Positions 27,430 to 37,897 of a stretch of 64,000 nucleotides of DNA are shown in pieces. The first letter of the stretch is position 1; every line of letters begins with the position of its first letter. The position numbers were made by a program, and so were the translations under genes. Under the pieces are notes generated by a model. The model saw only the letters and a list, made by a program, of their open reading frames with translations. It was not told where the DNA came from and made no database searches. Origin of the DNA: Candidatus Gottesmanbacteria bacterium (GTDB lineage Bacteria > Patescibacteriota > Microgenomatia > UBA10105 > UBA927); assembly GCA_963711735.1 (NCBI GenBank), contig CAVQFA010000005.1, positions 71,525 through 135,524 on the forward strand. The letters are read 5' to 3'.

Positions 27430-28629
27430 ATGTTTACCAAACGTATCGGAATCGATTTAGGCACAGCAAACTCAGTCGTCTGGCTTGCCGGTACAGGAGT
27501 GGTTCTCAATGAGCCGACGGTTGTGGCTGTCACGATGGATGATAACCGCGTCGTAGCCGTCGGAAACGAGGCAAAGGAAATGCTCGGGAGAACCCCGGGG
27601 AACATCATTGCATCGCGTCCGATGCGGGACGGGGTTATCGCAGACTACCGTCTCATCGAGGCAATGCTGTCGTATTTTTTGGATAAAACAGCAGGCAGAA
27701 ACCGTATTTTCCGTCCGGAAGTCATGATCTGCGTTCCGAGCGGTGCAACTCAGGTGGAGAGGCGGGCGGTTCTGGATGCCACATTATCGGCCGGTGCACG
27801 GATGGCGTATCTTATCGAAGAACCGCTTGCGGCCGCCATTGGTGCCAAAATACCCATCGCGCAGGCATCCGGCAATATGATTGTAGACATTGGCGGCGGA
27901 TCAACAGAGGCTGCTGTCATATCCCTCGGGGGAGTTGTGGTACATAATAGTGTGCGCATAGCCGGCAATAAACTGGATGAAGCAATCGCGAATTATGTGA
28001 AAAAAAGATTCAATCTTATCATCGGTGAACGCATGGCGGAGATGATAAAAGTTACTATCGGTGATGCGATGCCGGATGGGAAGAGTAAAGGATTGAATGT
28101 AACGGACAGGTCCTCCTACGTTAAACATGGCTTAACTCCGGAGGATAAACAAAAACTCGAAAAAATAGACCCCTCAACATCCGTGTACCCGATCAGCAAA
28201 CGGCGCGGACTCGTCCGGAATCTGTCCGAACCGGCAGGTGATACAACCATACCGATTTTAAATACTCCGGCAAAAAAAGCCGGAAGCATGGAGGTTCGCG
28301 GACGTGATGCGGTATCGGGTTTGCCGAAAATGATAGAGCTTACCAGAGCCGAGATAGGGGAAGCACTCCAAGGAGTTCTCATGCAGATTATCGCATCGGT
28401 CAAACACGTTCTTGAAGATACACCCCCGGAACTTGCAGCGGATATTATTGACAAAGGGATTGTCATGGCTGGGGGTACGAGCTTGCTCACGAATATTGAC
28501 CGGTTGATGACAGCAAGTACTGGAGTTGTTTGTCATGTCGCTGATGACCCTCTCCTTTGCGTTGTCCGCGGAACTGGTGTAGCTCTTGAAAATATTGAGT
28601 TATATAAGCGGAGTGTGGCAAAAAAGTGA
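27430..28629 (+). CDS. mreB: rod-shape-determining protein MreB (actin-like ATPase) with ~60-aa internal insertion
   Basis: IGIDLGTANSVV ... phosphate-1/2 and adenosine motifs (DIGGGSTE, GGTSLL); 399 aa vs ~340 typical. Confidence 0.8.
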   Translation: MFTKRIGIDLGTANSVVWLAGTGVVLNEPTVVAVTMDDNRVVAVGNEAKEMLGRTPGNIIASRPMRDGVIADYRLIEAMLSYFLDKTAGRNRIFRPEVMICVPSGATQVERRAVLDATLSAGARMAYLIEEPLAAAIGAKIPIAQASGNMIVDIGGGSTEAAVISLGGVVVHNSVRIAGNKLDEAIANYVKKRFNLIIGERMAEMIKVTIGDAMPDGKSKGLNVTDRSSYVKHGLTPEDKQKLEKIDPSTSVYPISKRRGLVRNLSEPAGDTTIPILNTPAKKAGSMEVRGRDAVSGLPKMIELTRAEIGEALQGVLMQIIASVKHVLEDTPPELAADIIDKGIVMAGGTSLLTNIDRLMTASTGVVCHVADDPLLCVVRGTGVALENIELYKRSVAKK

Positions 28630-28833
28630 GCGGTGTTGTTTTACGCCAATTTATGAAAAATAAGTAAATTAAGCTTATAATAATATATCAGAATGATTTA
28701 ATCCGAAAAACAGACGAAAAATCATACCAAAAAATATAAGCTTATAATTTATTTTTCATAAAGCATAAATCTTAAATCCTGATATATTATTATATTCAAA
28801 TAAAAGTGTTCAGTAGTATTTACTCCGTTTTGT

Positions 28834-29979
28834 ATGAAACACACGTATAAACCCCAACAAGAAACTACAGGTCTTCATGCGGTAAATATACTGGGAATAA
28901 ATGTTACAATTGACAGTAAAAAAACTATCCTCGAGTATTTGAAGAAGTATCTTCAGCATGCCGGGCAAAAAGAGAAAATTAATGAGAAAAACACAGGATA
29001 TGTAGTTCAAAAGGGTATAAACCCCCTCATAATAGTTACCCCAAATCCTGAGCAGATTGTGTATGCCGGGGACCAGCCGGAATTCAGAATAATTCTCAAT
29101 CAGGCCGATGTAGCAATCCCGGATGGAACGGGAGTCGTATGGGCAATGAACGTAAAGAACGTTCGGTTGCCACATACAGGTAATCAGATGAAAATTGAGA
29201 GAATTCCGGGGGTGGAACTCATGGAAAATCTCGTTTCTATTGGAGCCAAACAGGGCGTCACAATAGGACTTATAGGTGGTAAAGACGGAGTAGCACTCAA
29301 AGCGTTTGAGTGCTTGCGTGAAAAGTACCTCACTTTGACCGGTTGGGCAGAAGAGCCCGCTGTGACGATAAAATCTCAAAAACCATATTTCACGGAAAAC
29401 AAACACACAGGTGACCCAAAAACACACAAAAATTCATCTGAAATGCAGTTGCAGATTATAGGATGGATTGGACGTGAAGACGAATACTTTAAAAAGCTTG
29501 CAGAGCGTATCATCAAGACAAATACAAACATGATTTTTGTCGCTCTCGGTGCTCCGAAACAGGAATATTTTATGGATGCTCTCCGGTATGAGCTGTCCGA
29601 TTTCGTCCAAAAGAGGGGTATCCCGGTGGACAAATCTACAGTACATATTCCGGTATTACCAAAGATTGACGGAAAAAATATGTTAACTTCTCAAAAAAAT
29701 CAAAACCACTCCGATACAACTCATCAATTTGCATCACCCGCAGTCAGGGAGACAGTTCCCGGTATACCGGAGGGTTTGCATTTCCCGGTTATCCTCATGG
29801 CGGTCGGCGGATCGTTCGACATTATTACAGGTCATGTTCAGAGAGCACCATTAGTAATGCGTTCGATAGGCTTTGAGTGGTTATGGAGGCTTTTGATAGA
29901 GCCATGGCGATGGAGAAGGCAATTGGCACTTCTGAAATTCATCTTTCTCATCCTGCGCTCCGGGAAGAAAAACACCTGA
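28834..29979 (+). CDS. WecB/TagA/CpsF-family glycosyltransferase (GT26) with internal insertion
   Basis: ILGINVTIDSKKTILEYL ... IVTPNPEQIVYAGDQPEFRIILNQADVAIPDGTGVVWA ... GAPKQEYFM ... GGSFDIITGHVQRAPLVMRSIGFEWLWRLLIEPWRWRRQ. Confidence 0.7.
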   Translation: MKHTYKPQQETTGLHAVNILGINVTIDSKKTILEYLKKYLQHAGQKEKINEKNTGYVVQKGINPLIIVTPNPEQIVYAGDQPEFRIILNQADVAIPDGTGVVWAMNVKNVRLPHTGNQMKIERIPGVELMENLVSIGAKQGVTIGLIGGKDGVALKAFECLREKYLTLTGWAEEPAVTIKSQKPYFTENKHTGDPKTHKNSSEMQLQIIGWIGREDEYFKKLAERIIKTNTNMIFVALGAPKQEYFMDALRYELSDFVQKRGIPVDKSTVHIPVLPKIDGKNMLTSQKNQNHSDTTHQFASPAVRETVPGIPEGLHFPVILMAVGGSFDIITGHVQRAPLVMRSIGFEWLWRLLIEPWRWRRQLALLKFIFLILRSGKKNT

Positions 29980-30079
29980 GTTAAATATTGAATATTGGGG
30001 GAATTCTAGTATAAACCGTTTATGGGGGTGTAATCAATATCTTGAAATGAGCCTATCAACAGGGTATGCCTGAGATAGG

Positions 30080-30628
30080 ATGCTTGAAATAAACCAACTT
30101 CACCGTCTCATAGATGAAGGGAAGCATGTTTCCTCACGGGAAATCGGTTCCGTATCGGTTCTCCGCACATCAGATTTTCTTTTTGATGCACTATCCGCTG
30201 TCACAGTCGCTCAGATTCCTCTCAACGGCCGGACCGGCATGGTCGATGCAGAACTCCGGGTGTCATTCACCGATCCGTCAAAAATGGGACTACTGCCATC
30301 ATCCGCAACTGTATTTGTTATCTCCTCAGAGAGTCAGATGAACGGATTTGACCAACACGGGAAAAAATTCCTTCGTTATACGCCCGCAGAATGGATTCGG
30401 GACCGGTGCGTCGTTCTGGATGGATTGTGGGCAGATCAGGCTCTCGTTGCCGACGCCGTCGTACAGCTTGGATTGTATCAGGGTGTCCTGTTTGAGATGA
30501 ATCAGTTTTTTACGTTTGCCCGGATGCAGAATCCGTATGTAGAAGAATGCGTGAGGAGGGCATGGTGGCCGGTCCTCGATAACCGGAAAGAATTTTATGC
30601 ATGGGTTGAAAGGGGAATGAAAACATGA
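30080..30628 (+). CDS. hypothetical protein, paralogous to 31032..31682
   Basis: shared motifs (C)VVLDG..D.A.VADA..Q...Y.G and W...K.EFY with downstream paralog. Confidence 0.45.
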   Translation: MLEINQLHRLIDEGKHVSSREIGSVSVLRTSDFLFDALSAVTVAQIPLNGRTGMVDAELRVSFTDPSKMGLLPSSATVFVISSESQMNGFDQHGKKFLRYTPAEWIRDRCVVLDGLWADQALVADAVVQLGLYQGVLFEMNQFFTFARMQNPYVEECVRRAWWPVLDNRKEFYAWVERGMKT

Positions 30629-30651
30629 CACTCCTTTCCCGTTTATTGAAT

Positions 30652-31029
30652 TTATTTTGTTTTGGAAAAAAATTGAGGGTGCGGAGTTTCCGCCGGATGT
30701 ACTGTTATTGCGGATTGAAAACTATACACCGTTATCGGGTAGGAAGGCAACACATGGTGAGAAACAGGTACGAGCGGTTCGTCACTTCGGTTCAGAATTT
30801 CGTCAATGAAATCTTCCTCTTCCACAGTGCCGCTCAGTACCGGACATTCCGGTATACTTTGGTTGGTACGGGCATACAGTTCACCGCGGATGTGCCGTCC
30901 TCCTTCTTCGTCTTTCAGCTGGAAGCACGTCAGATTTTCACATGCACCGCATATCACGAGCGCACCTTTAGGGATTTCCGACCTTGGCGGCATATATCTG
31001 TAGTGTATATGGATTGAATTTTTTTTCAA
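30652..31029 (-). CDS. hypothetical Cys-containing small protein (CxxC...C)
   Basis: ICGACENLTCFQ ... ECPVLSG; competes with overlapping + strand ORF 30625..31017 which has atypical R/F/C-rich composition. Confidence 0.3.
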   Translation of the reverse strand: MKKNSIHIHYRYMPPRSEIPKGALVICGACENLTCFQLKDEEGGRHIRGELYARTNQSIPECPVLSGTVEEEDFIDEILNRSDEPLVPVSHHVLPSYPITVYSFQSAITVHPAETPHPQFFSKTK

Positions 31030-31031
31030 CT

Positions 31032-31682
31032 ATGGCTGGACGGTTTGAGAAAGAATATGACAGATGGAGAGGTGACGAAACCATGTGGGGTCCTCAGGGC
31101 GCTGTTACACCGGCCGTGATACTGGTAGATGAACCCCAAAGACAGGGAGGCATAAAGTTTGAAAATCTCGGTGCTTCGGAAAAAGGACTAATAAGAGAAC
31201 TGACGGTACTTGATCTTTTAACGACACATCTTCCGTTTTCCGATGGATGCAGAACCGGAGCATTCAGTCAGGCTGATTGGCAGGGGAGGGATCTGGAGCT
31301 TCAAAGCGAAGACGTGCTCGTGCGTGAGCTCGGATGCCCTCAATGTGTTCCCGTACAGGTGAAATCATCCAGATGCGGAATTAACTCATTTCTGGATCAG
31401 GCAGAGCAGCATGGATTTGAATGGGTGCCTGACTGGCTTCTTCTTTTGGACGGATCCGAGCCTGAGTATGCCGTGGTGGCAGATGCGGCAGCCCAGATCC
31501 TTGTCTACGCCGGATTATGGTATGACCGGGCACTCCGGAGTCAGGCTCTGGGTATTATCGGCGCCACACGGGAGTATTTTGGCATCCATTTCAGCGCAGC
31601 CTGGGATGACGGGTGGCTGAGAAAGAGAAAAGAGTACTATAAAATGCTTGATCATCTGAGGCTCCGGCAAAACAGCTCTTAA
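31032..31682 (+). CDS. hypothetical protein, paralogous to 30080..30628
   Basis: internal ATG at 31032 chosen (track 30984) to avoid overlap; EWVPDWLLLLDGSEPEYAVVADAAAQILVYAGLWYD ... KRKEYYKMLDHL aligns with paralog. Confidence 0.45.
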   Translation: MAGRFEKEYDRWRGDETMWGPQGAVTPAVILVDEPQRQGGIKFENLGASEKGLIRELTVLDLLTTHLPFSDGCRTGAFSQADWQGRDLELQSEDVLVRELGCPQCVPVQVKSSRCGINSFLDQAEQHGFEWVPDWLLLLDGSEPEYAVVADAAAQILVYAGLWYDRALRSQALGIIGATREYFGIHFSAAWDDGWLRKRKEYYKMLDHLRLRQNSS

Positions 31683-31764
31683 TTTCTACATTTCACGCCT
31701 GCATTTAGCGTTACATACCCTATAAAACATACATCAGTCTGAAGGTAAATATCGCCCTATAGTA

Positions 31765-31793
31765 TTGACAAACAGAGTGAAATAGCCTATAAT
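31765..31793 (+). promoter_or_regulatory. perfect-consensus sigma70-type promoter (TTGACA-17-TATAAT)
   Basis: ttgaca at 31765-31770, 17-nt spacer, tataat at 31788-31793. Confidence 0.55.
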
Positions 31794-31824
31794 GTATGTT
31801 ATGTCAATAGACCTGCCAAAGAGT

Positions 31825-31867
31825 TGCGCCTGAACGTGTTTAAATCGTGTTTTGGCGCATTTTTTTT
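31825..31867 (+). terminator. candidate intrinsic terminator (6-bp GC stem tgcgcc/ggcgca, long loop, T8 run) ~30 nt downstream of predicted TSS
   Basis: agttgcgcc...ggcgca tttttttt; defines a possible ~60-nt transcript with the promoter above. Confidence 0.4.
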
Positions 31868-32139
31868 AGAATTGGGCGATTTTATTATCCGAATATGGAT
31901 TCGATACATCGCGTATCGATAATCCGCATAAGGATAGAGCACTTTAACAATCAGGTAGATGGGAAGGGAACGGGACACGTATTTAAAAACCGCCGTGCGG
32001 AAAGAAACAAATTTTAAGGCATGATGCCGTTTGTTTCCGGACGGGGGGATTTAAAACAAAAAATTTTAAGAATGAAAAAATTAAAAACAATCTGTGTTAT
32101 TTAAAAGCACTAAAAATTCGAAAGGAAAAAGAGGAAAAA

Positions 32140-32361
32140 ATGAAAAGCGAACATGGAAATATTGTAATAGCAATACTTTTAGGTCTGTTCGTATTATGTT
32201 TATTCGTGGGTTTCATCGGCTATGGGTTAGACTGCAATGGTTACAATTACAGTCACATCCAACCGGAATGCTCGGATACAGGGCATTCAACACACTCCTA
32301 TGACGTCGTAGACGGTATAGGTGGTTTTTTCAATTACTGGGGAAACCGGTTATTTCCCTAG
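32140..32361 (+). CDS. small membrane protein, hypothetical
   Basis: 73 aa; TM helix IVIAILLGLFVLCLFVGFIGYGL. Confidence 0.4.
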   Translation: MKSEHGNIVIAILLGLFVLCLFVGFIGYGLDCNGYNYSHIQPECSDTGHSTHSYDVVDGIGGFFNYWGNRLFP

Positions 32362-32442
32362 TAACCTGCATATAATTTTTCCAACCTTCGAGCCCAGCCG
32401 CCTCTATGGGGCTGGCTCGACCCTCCGGGGTCAATGTACGAA

Positions 32443-32478
32443 CGGGCGTTTCGCGCCCGAGATTTTGTTATTTGTTTT
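32443..32478 (+). terminator. intrinsic terminator (cgggcg-tttcg-cgcccg then U-rich tract)
   Basis: 6-bp GC stem, 5-nt loop, followed by agattttgttatttgtttt; ~80 nt after 32140..32361 stop. Confidence 0.6.
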
Positions 32479-33035
32479 CGCGGCACATACCGGTTGTATG
32501 TGAAATAGGAGTGTAAGAAAAGAAGATATTGGTATGACCAATGCAACACAATACCATTACCTTTTTAAACTTTTTACACCAACCTTATTCCACCACGACC
32601 CAACCAACACCACCTACCTGATTTTTTCCCTGCTTACAACACATGTTGTTAGCGGAGAAAATTTGATTAAAAACAGTCATTGATTGCTGTTGTATCTATT
32701 ACTATCCTATAGTAGACTACCGTCCATATGTTCAGGGACTCTTCCACTTCCGATGAAACAGGGGATACTCAAGCGCTCATGAGTATAATCCAAGACCAGT
32801 TTGCGGATTGAGAAGGGATTTGTTGATTACAAGTAATCCATCGTACGCACTTCGAAAACGAAGTACGATCATATCGTTTTCCACTATGAATGACGTGTAC
32901 CAGATGGCGAAATTTTTTGCAGGGAGAATGGAACAATTACATTCGAAAGATAATTGAAGGATATTAAGACATACAGAGAAAGAGAGATGTACCCCGCAAC
33001 GTCTGACTTTTCAAGGTAATCGTTGACAGTAACCT

Positions 33036-33830
33036 CTACTGAATGTTTCGTTCAAATTGAGATACTAATCGTGCAACAAAAATCCGATTGGCGTAGTAAT
33101 CCTGTGGAACGGAAAAACCATTTGGGAATTCTGTTGACGGGATAAGCTCGCCTGCGGAAACGGTTTTACTGCCTTGTGTTCTTACAAACACAATGCGCGA
33201 TAATTCTAATGGACCGTCATTTCTTTCATGTTCTGTTTGTTGCCCATGAACTTCAAGTGTTACCGATTGACCTAATCCTTTTACCGTCACTGTATTTACG
33301 TTTGCGCATACTACATCAGGCGGTTTAATTGCTGCCAGTGAATTAATATGTTCTTCAGTTGACAACCCGGGTACTCTCTGATGGACGGGATGGGACTCTT
33401 TACGTGAATATGTCACCCAAATACCGGTCATTGGTTTATTAAGGAGATGTATACCTTTTCCGGTATGTCTGAGATGTTCTATTTCAACCGGCGTGCATTC
33501 CACTTGCGCGTGTACCATCGATGGATGTTGATGTACCCGTGACGGGGATCCAAAAGTAACGGTATTATCATCTACAAAAAAAGAGACTCCACCATTTGCA
33601 GACTCCTGTCTGTCATGTATTTCCTGAACGTTATTAACCTGAAATTTATATTCCGACACAGCCTGCTGTAACGGAGCAAAATCCGGAAAATGGAATAAAT
33701 TTGTAAGCGCTATTTCTGTAATCGGATGGGATACGGCAAACATCAATGCGAAATATAAATGAGGATCTGTCTGTACTAGATTACTGTATTCTGCTTCAGC
33801 ATTTTTAATAGTTGCTAATTGGTCTTTCAT
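33036..33830 (-). CDS. hypothetical protein
   Basis: 264-aa ORF; His-rich segments; no motif recognised. Confidence 0.45.
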   Translation of the reverse strand: MKDQLATIKNAEAEYSNLVQTDPHLYFALMFAVSHPITEIALTNLFHFPDFAPLQQAVSEYKFQVNNVQEIHDRQESANGGVSFFVDDNTVTFGSPSRVHQHPSMVHAQVECTPVEIEHLRHTGKGIHLLNKPMTGIWVTYSRKESHPVHQRVPGLSTEEHINSLAAIKPPDVVCANVNTVTVKGLGQSVTLEVHGQQTEHERNDGPLELSRIVFVRTQGSKTVSAGELIPSTEFPNGFSVPQDYYANRIFVARLVSQFERNIQ

Positions 33831-34072
33831 ACGACATCCTTTATCCGGCAGTTATTCCATTAATATTCGAGTATTATAAGATAACATATAGTAATTGTAA
33901 ATACTATATATGAAAATATATTTTATGATTTGAATAATAATATATAGTGTCGTATGGATAATTGATTAGATATATATATAGTAATATCGACAGTACATAT
34001 ACATTCAAAAATATAGTTACCCTATAATTTATTGACTCACCGTAAAACCTGCAGTACAATTCGCCGTACATT

Positions 34073-35314
34073 ATGGTAAAGCCACAAGCGGAACTTCTCA
34101 GGTCAAATTCTTCACAGCTGTTTTCTCAGGCAATCGTTGAAGCGGGGACAAGAATGCATGAAGGATTTCTTCAAAAATGGGTCGTTCCTATCGGACCTAT
34201 AACGGCAGAAAATTTACCGCAAGTATATACACACATAGCTACAGTATTTTCTTCCCTGGGTATCGGAGAGCCTGATGTATATGGAGAGAACCGGACACTA
34301 TATACACCGATGGGTACGAAAGATCCTCTTTCCGGTATATCCAATGCTGTCAGTACAAATGGCATATTGTATAAAGTTGTCCATCCGGGGATTGAACCGA
34401 TGGGGAGATATGCCTGGGCAACCGATGCGTATGTTAAGCCCGGACCCTCACGCAACCGTGAGGCTGTGTATCATCTGGGAAATCCTGATGTTACCGTTTC
34501 CGGTATGGAGGATTCGTCACGGTATATCCAACTCAGCCCTCCGGTCTGGGGACTCAATGGTTTAAACGTAGCCTCACCTGAATATCCGGAGTGGGCACGA
34601 CAATGGAGAGGATTGTTAGGAAAATTTGTTGATGCAGTCAGTCCGACGTCTTATCCTCCTGCACAACTTCAGATATTGAGAAGCCCAGCTATGAGCGAAG
34701 GAGAATATCTTCATGGTTTAGGGAAATATGTATTAGAAAGCAGGGTTACTGGCCGCTTTTCACTGGATAAGGCGACACCCACGGATATGTACTCTTTTGC
34801 GCGGGGATTGTGGCATTTTATCAAAGGAGGGTACGGACAGGTTACATTATCAGAATTACGCCGGCATTTGTTCCATGTAGATGGTTGGGGAATCAGAATG
34901 CCGAAAGAACCCGATGCTTTGAAAGCCAGCGTATGCACACTTGTGTACGGATATAAATCCGGACAAATAGGCGAAATGCTGACCCTTACGTTGCCGGACG
35001 GTACGTATCATATCCCGTTGGATCTGGCATCTCTTATGCGAAAACGTGGTCAATTTGCAGTTATAGACGAAGACATTAAAATCCTTTCTGATCCGACGCT
35101 TGTGGAGATACATCAATTGATAGTCGACAGCATTATGAACACTGCAGCCGGGCGTATCGATGCAATCCGCGTGCAATTGCAGATTGTTGAAGATGAATAT
35201 ACCGATATACTGGGTTCACAATGGAGATATGTATTTCGTCTGTTAGGAGAATACGCATGGGTACACGCAGCCTGCATAGCAGCTCCGGTTATTTCTTCTT
35301 CATGGGAACAATAA
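34073..35314 (+). CDS. hypothetical protein
   Basis: 413-aa ORF heading glycosyltransferase cluster; no motif recognised. Confidence 0.5.
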   Translation: MVKPQAELLRSNSSQLFSQAIVEAGTRMHEGFLQKWVVPIGPITAENLPQVYTHIATVFSSLGIGEPDVYGENRTLYTPMGTKDPLSGISNAVSTNGILYKVVHPGIEPMGRYAWATDAYVKPGPSRNREAVYHLGNPDVTVSGMEDSSRYIQLSPPVWGLNGLNVASPEYPEWARQWRGLLGKFVDAVSPTSYPPAQLQILRSPAMSEGEYLHGLGKYVLESRVTGRFSLDKATPTDMYSFARGLWHFIKGGYGQVTLSELRRHLFHVDGWGIRMPKEPDALKASVCTLVYGYKSGQIGEMLTLTLPDGTYHIPLDLASLMRKRGQFAVIDEDIKILSDPTLVEIHQLIVDSIMNTAAGRIDAIRVQLQIVEDEYTDILGSQWRYVFRLLGEYAWVHAACIAAPVISSSWEQ

Positions 35315-35501
35315 TTTGTTCATATACACAATAAGTTAATTCACAGTGATATCATTTGGTCCTTACAGCGTTTCATTCCATCACCGCATCCGTCGTAATA
35401 CTTTTTTGTAGAATAGACTTTTATAACAACATAAATTATATTTTTTTCTTCTCACAAAAAGTTGTGTATTGTTATAGAATTTTAGTATAATCGAGAACAG
35501 T

Positions 35502-36698
35502 ATGCGGATTTTATATATACAGACGTTTCCGTTTTGGGGTTCCGGATCGGGAACGTATGCACGTCATTTAGCAAGTGAAGTCGGACGCCGGCATAAAGTT
35601 GCAATCCTTGCTCCCGATACGCGTCCCATTGAACGCGCAAAACTCTACACCGTAAACCTTCCGTTTCCCGTTGCTTTTACCGGTCACCCTGAATGGCCTG
35701 ACTGCAAGCTCTACACGCAACTCACGAACGTGGAATTGACAACTGTTTATAAGTGTTTCCTCGATGCGACGATTGCGACTGTTGAGGATTTCCATCCGGA
35801 CATCATCCATGTCCATCATGCATTTCCCCTGACGTGGGCGGCGGCCTTTGTGAAAGATTTATATGGTATCAACTTCATCACGACCATTCATGGGTCTGAA
35901 CTTCCGACGATAGAAAAAAGCCGCAGATATGGCCGCGCGACATACTATGCCATGTTTCGGACAAGACGCATAATTCCTAATTCAGGGTATACCCGTGACT
36001 GGTTTATACGCTGTTTCCACGGATATTTCCATGAAAAATGCCGCGTCATACCGGGAGGTGTCAACGTCGATAAATTTGTATTTACCGAAAGCGGGTGGAA
36101 TGAGGTGGATAAGAAACTGGGTCTTCACGGCAAGCCTACGGTACTTTTTGCCGGCAAAATAACGAAATATAAAGGTGTCGAATACCTGATAGGTGCAGCA
36201 AAAAAAATCCACGGGGAAGTCATAATCCTCGGCGACGGTCCGGAACTGGCAAGACTGAAAGAAAAGGCGACCCAGATGGGACTTGCGAACGTCCATTGGG
36301 TCGGTCACCTGGGGGCGGGGATCAAGAAGCTCGCACCGTACTACTCGCGCGCGGACGTATTTGTCGCACCATCGGTTTGGGACGAGCCGTTAGGGCTTGT
36401 CATTCTCGAGGCAATGGCATGCCGGACGCCCGTTGTTGTTACACGGAAAGGCGGAATACCTTTGGCTGTCAAAGACGGAGTGAACGGGTTTTTCATACAC
36501 GCCCGCAATTCTACAGACATCGTCGAAAAGGTCAATAAACTTTTAGATAACGATGAACTCCGTCATAAAATGGGCGATACGGCACGGAAAATTGTCGAAG
36601 CAAAATTCAGCTGGGAAATGATAGCACATAAGTTTGAACACCTTTATGCCCGCTACGGCAGATGCGCTACATCAAACGGGAATGGGAAGAAGAAATAA
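35502..36698 (+). CDS. GT4-family glycosyltransferase
   Basis: C-terminal EX7E-type motif EPLGLVILEAMACRTPVVVTRKGGIPLAVKDGVNGFF. Confidence 0.75.
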   Translation: MRILYIQTFPFWGSGSGTYARHLASEVGRRHKVAILAPDTRPIERAKLYTVNLPFPVAFTGHPEWPDCKLYTQLTNVELTTVYKCFLDATIATVEDFHPDIIHVHHAFPLTWAAAFVKDLYGINFITTIHGSELPTIEKSRRYGRATYYAMFRTRRIIPNSGYTRDWFIRCFHGYFHEKCRVIPGGVNVDKFVFTESGWNEVDKKLGLHGKPTVLFAGKITKYKGVEYLIGAAKKIHGEVIILGDGPELARLKEKATQMGLANVHWVGHLGAGIKKLAPYYSRADVFVAPSVWDEPLGLVILEAMACRTPVVVTRKGGIPLAVKDGVNGFFIHARNSTDIVEKVNKLLDNDELRHKMGDTARKIVEAKFSWEMIAHKFEHLYARYGRCATSNGNGKKK

Positions 36699-36741
36699 TA
36701 CCTCCGTTGCTCTCTTTCAGTTTTCCTAGTACAGTAGATAT

Positions 36742-37866
36742 ATGAGGATTTGTATACTCGGATCTGTTGCACTCCCGATTCCACCCATCATGCAGGGAGG
36801 GACGGAACGGATCGCGTACATGCAGGCAATCGGGCTTGCCCGGCGCGGACATGAAGTGAAACTTATTGCCGCCAAAGGATCGAAAAGCGAGGGGTTATAC
36901 CGGCTCGTTGAGATAGGCGGCGGGGATACCGTAGAGGGAGCAGGCACGGCGGGTGAACAGACTAAGAATGAGACGATCACGGAAACATCCAGGAAAATGC
37001 GCAAAGAAGCAGTCTATTGGGCACAGGTTATAGAATGGTTGTACCAAAACGCAGACAGCTACGACGTCATTCTCAATAATATGCGCGGAGCGGAATCCGT
37101 ATTTGTTCCGGTTGCCAAAAAGATCGGGAAACCGTTTACAACAGTCATGCATTTGCCGATTTTTCCGGAACTTGCAGAATTATTTGTGAAAAATCAAACA
37201 CCGGTTATCACGATATCAAACGCCCAGCGTGACGGTTTTCCAAATATAAACTATCTCGCAACCATCTATAACAGTATCGATATAGATCAATTTACGTTTT
37301 CCTCCACGCCGGGTGAATACCTTCTCATGATGGGATCGATTGCTCCGCATAAAAATCAAAGCGGAGGAATAGAAATTGCCAATAAACTCAATATGAAGCT
37401 CGTTATTGCCGGAAAAGTGAGCAATGCCGCGTATTACGAAGAAAAGGTAAAAGGACTCATCGATGGAACGCAGATCGTCCACGTCGGGGAGATCGGGCTT
37501 GACCAAAAGGCGAAATTGTATGCCGGGGCAAAAACCCTCCTTTTTCCGATACAATGGGAAGAACCGTTCGGGCTTGTGATGATTGAAGCGATGGCTACGG
37601 GTACACCGGTTGTGGCATACGGGCGCGGTGCGGTGCCGGAAGTGGTTGTTGACGGGAAGACGGGATTTATCGTTTCCGATGATTCAGGAAAGCAGGAAGG
37701 AAATGATTGGATCGTTAAGTCGCGCGGGATTGAAGGATGTACAGAAGCAATCAACCGGATTTGGGAAATCGATCGCGGAGCTTGCCGTAAACATGTCGAA
37801 GAACATTTTAACCAGGAAAGGCTTGTCAATGATTTTGAGACGGCGTTGTCAAAGCTCGCATCGTAA
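36742..37866 (+). CDS. GT4-family glycosyltransferase
   Basis: EEPFGLVMIEAMATGTPVVAYGRGAVPEVVVDGKTGFIV. Confidence 0.75.
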   Translation: MRICILGSVALPIPPIMQGGTERIAYMQAIGLARRGHEVKLIAAKGSKSEGLYRLVEIGGGDTVEGAGTAGEQTKNETITETSRKMRKEAVYWAQVIEWLYQNADSYDVILNNMRGAESVFVPVAKKIGKPFTTVMHLPIFPELAELFVKNQTPVITISNAQRDGFPNINYLATIYNSIDIDQFTFSSTPGEYLLMMGSIAPHKNQSGGIEIANKLNMKLVIAGKVSNAAYYEEKVKGLIDGTQIVHVGEIGLDQKAKLYAGAKTLLFPIQWEEPFGLVMIEAMATGTPVVAYGRGAVPEVVVDGKTGFIVSDDSGKQEGNDWIVKSRGIEGCTEAINRIWEIDRGACRKHVEEHFNQERLVNDFETALSKLAS

Positions 37867-37897
37867 GACGACGCCACATGAAGTTACATATATACCT

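Noticed and set aside
30625-31017. 130-aa plus-strand ORF between the two paralogs
   Set aside because: R/F/C/Y-rich composition is atypical. The overlapping minus-strand ORF looks more protein-like, though neither is secure, so only the minus ORF is listed at low confidence.
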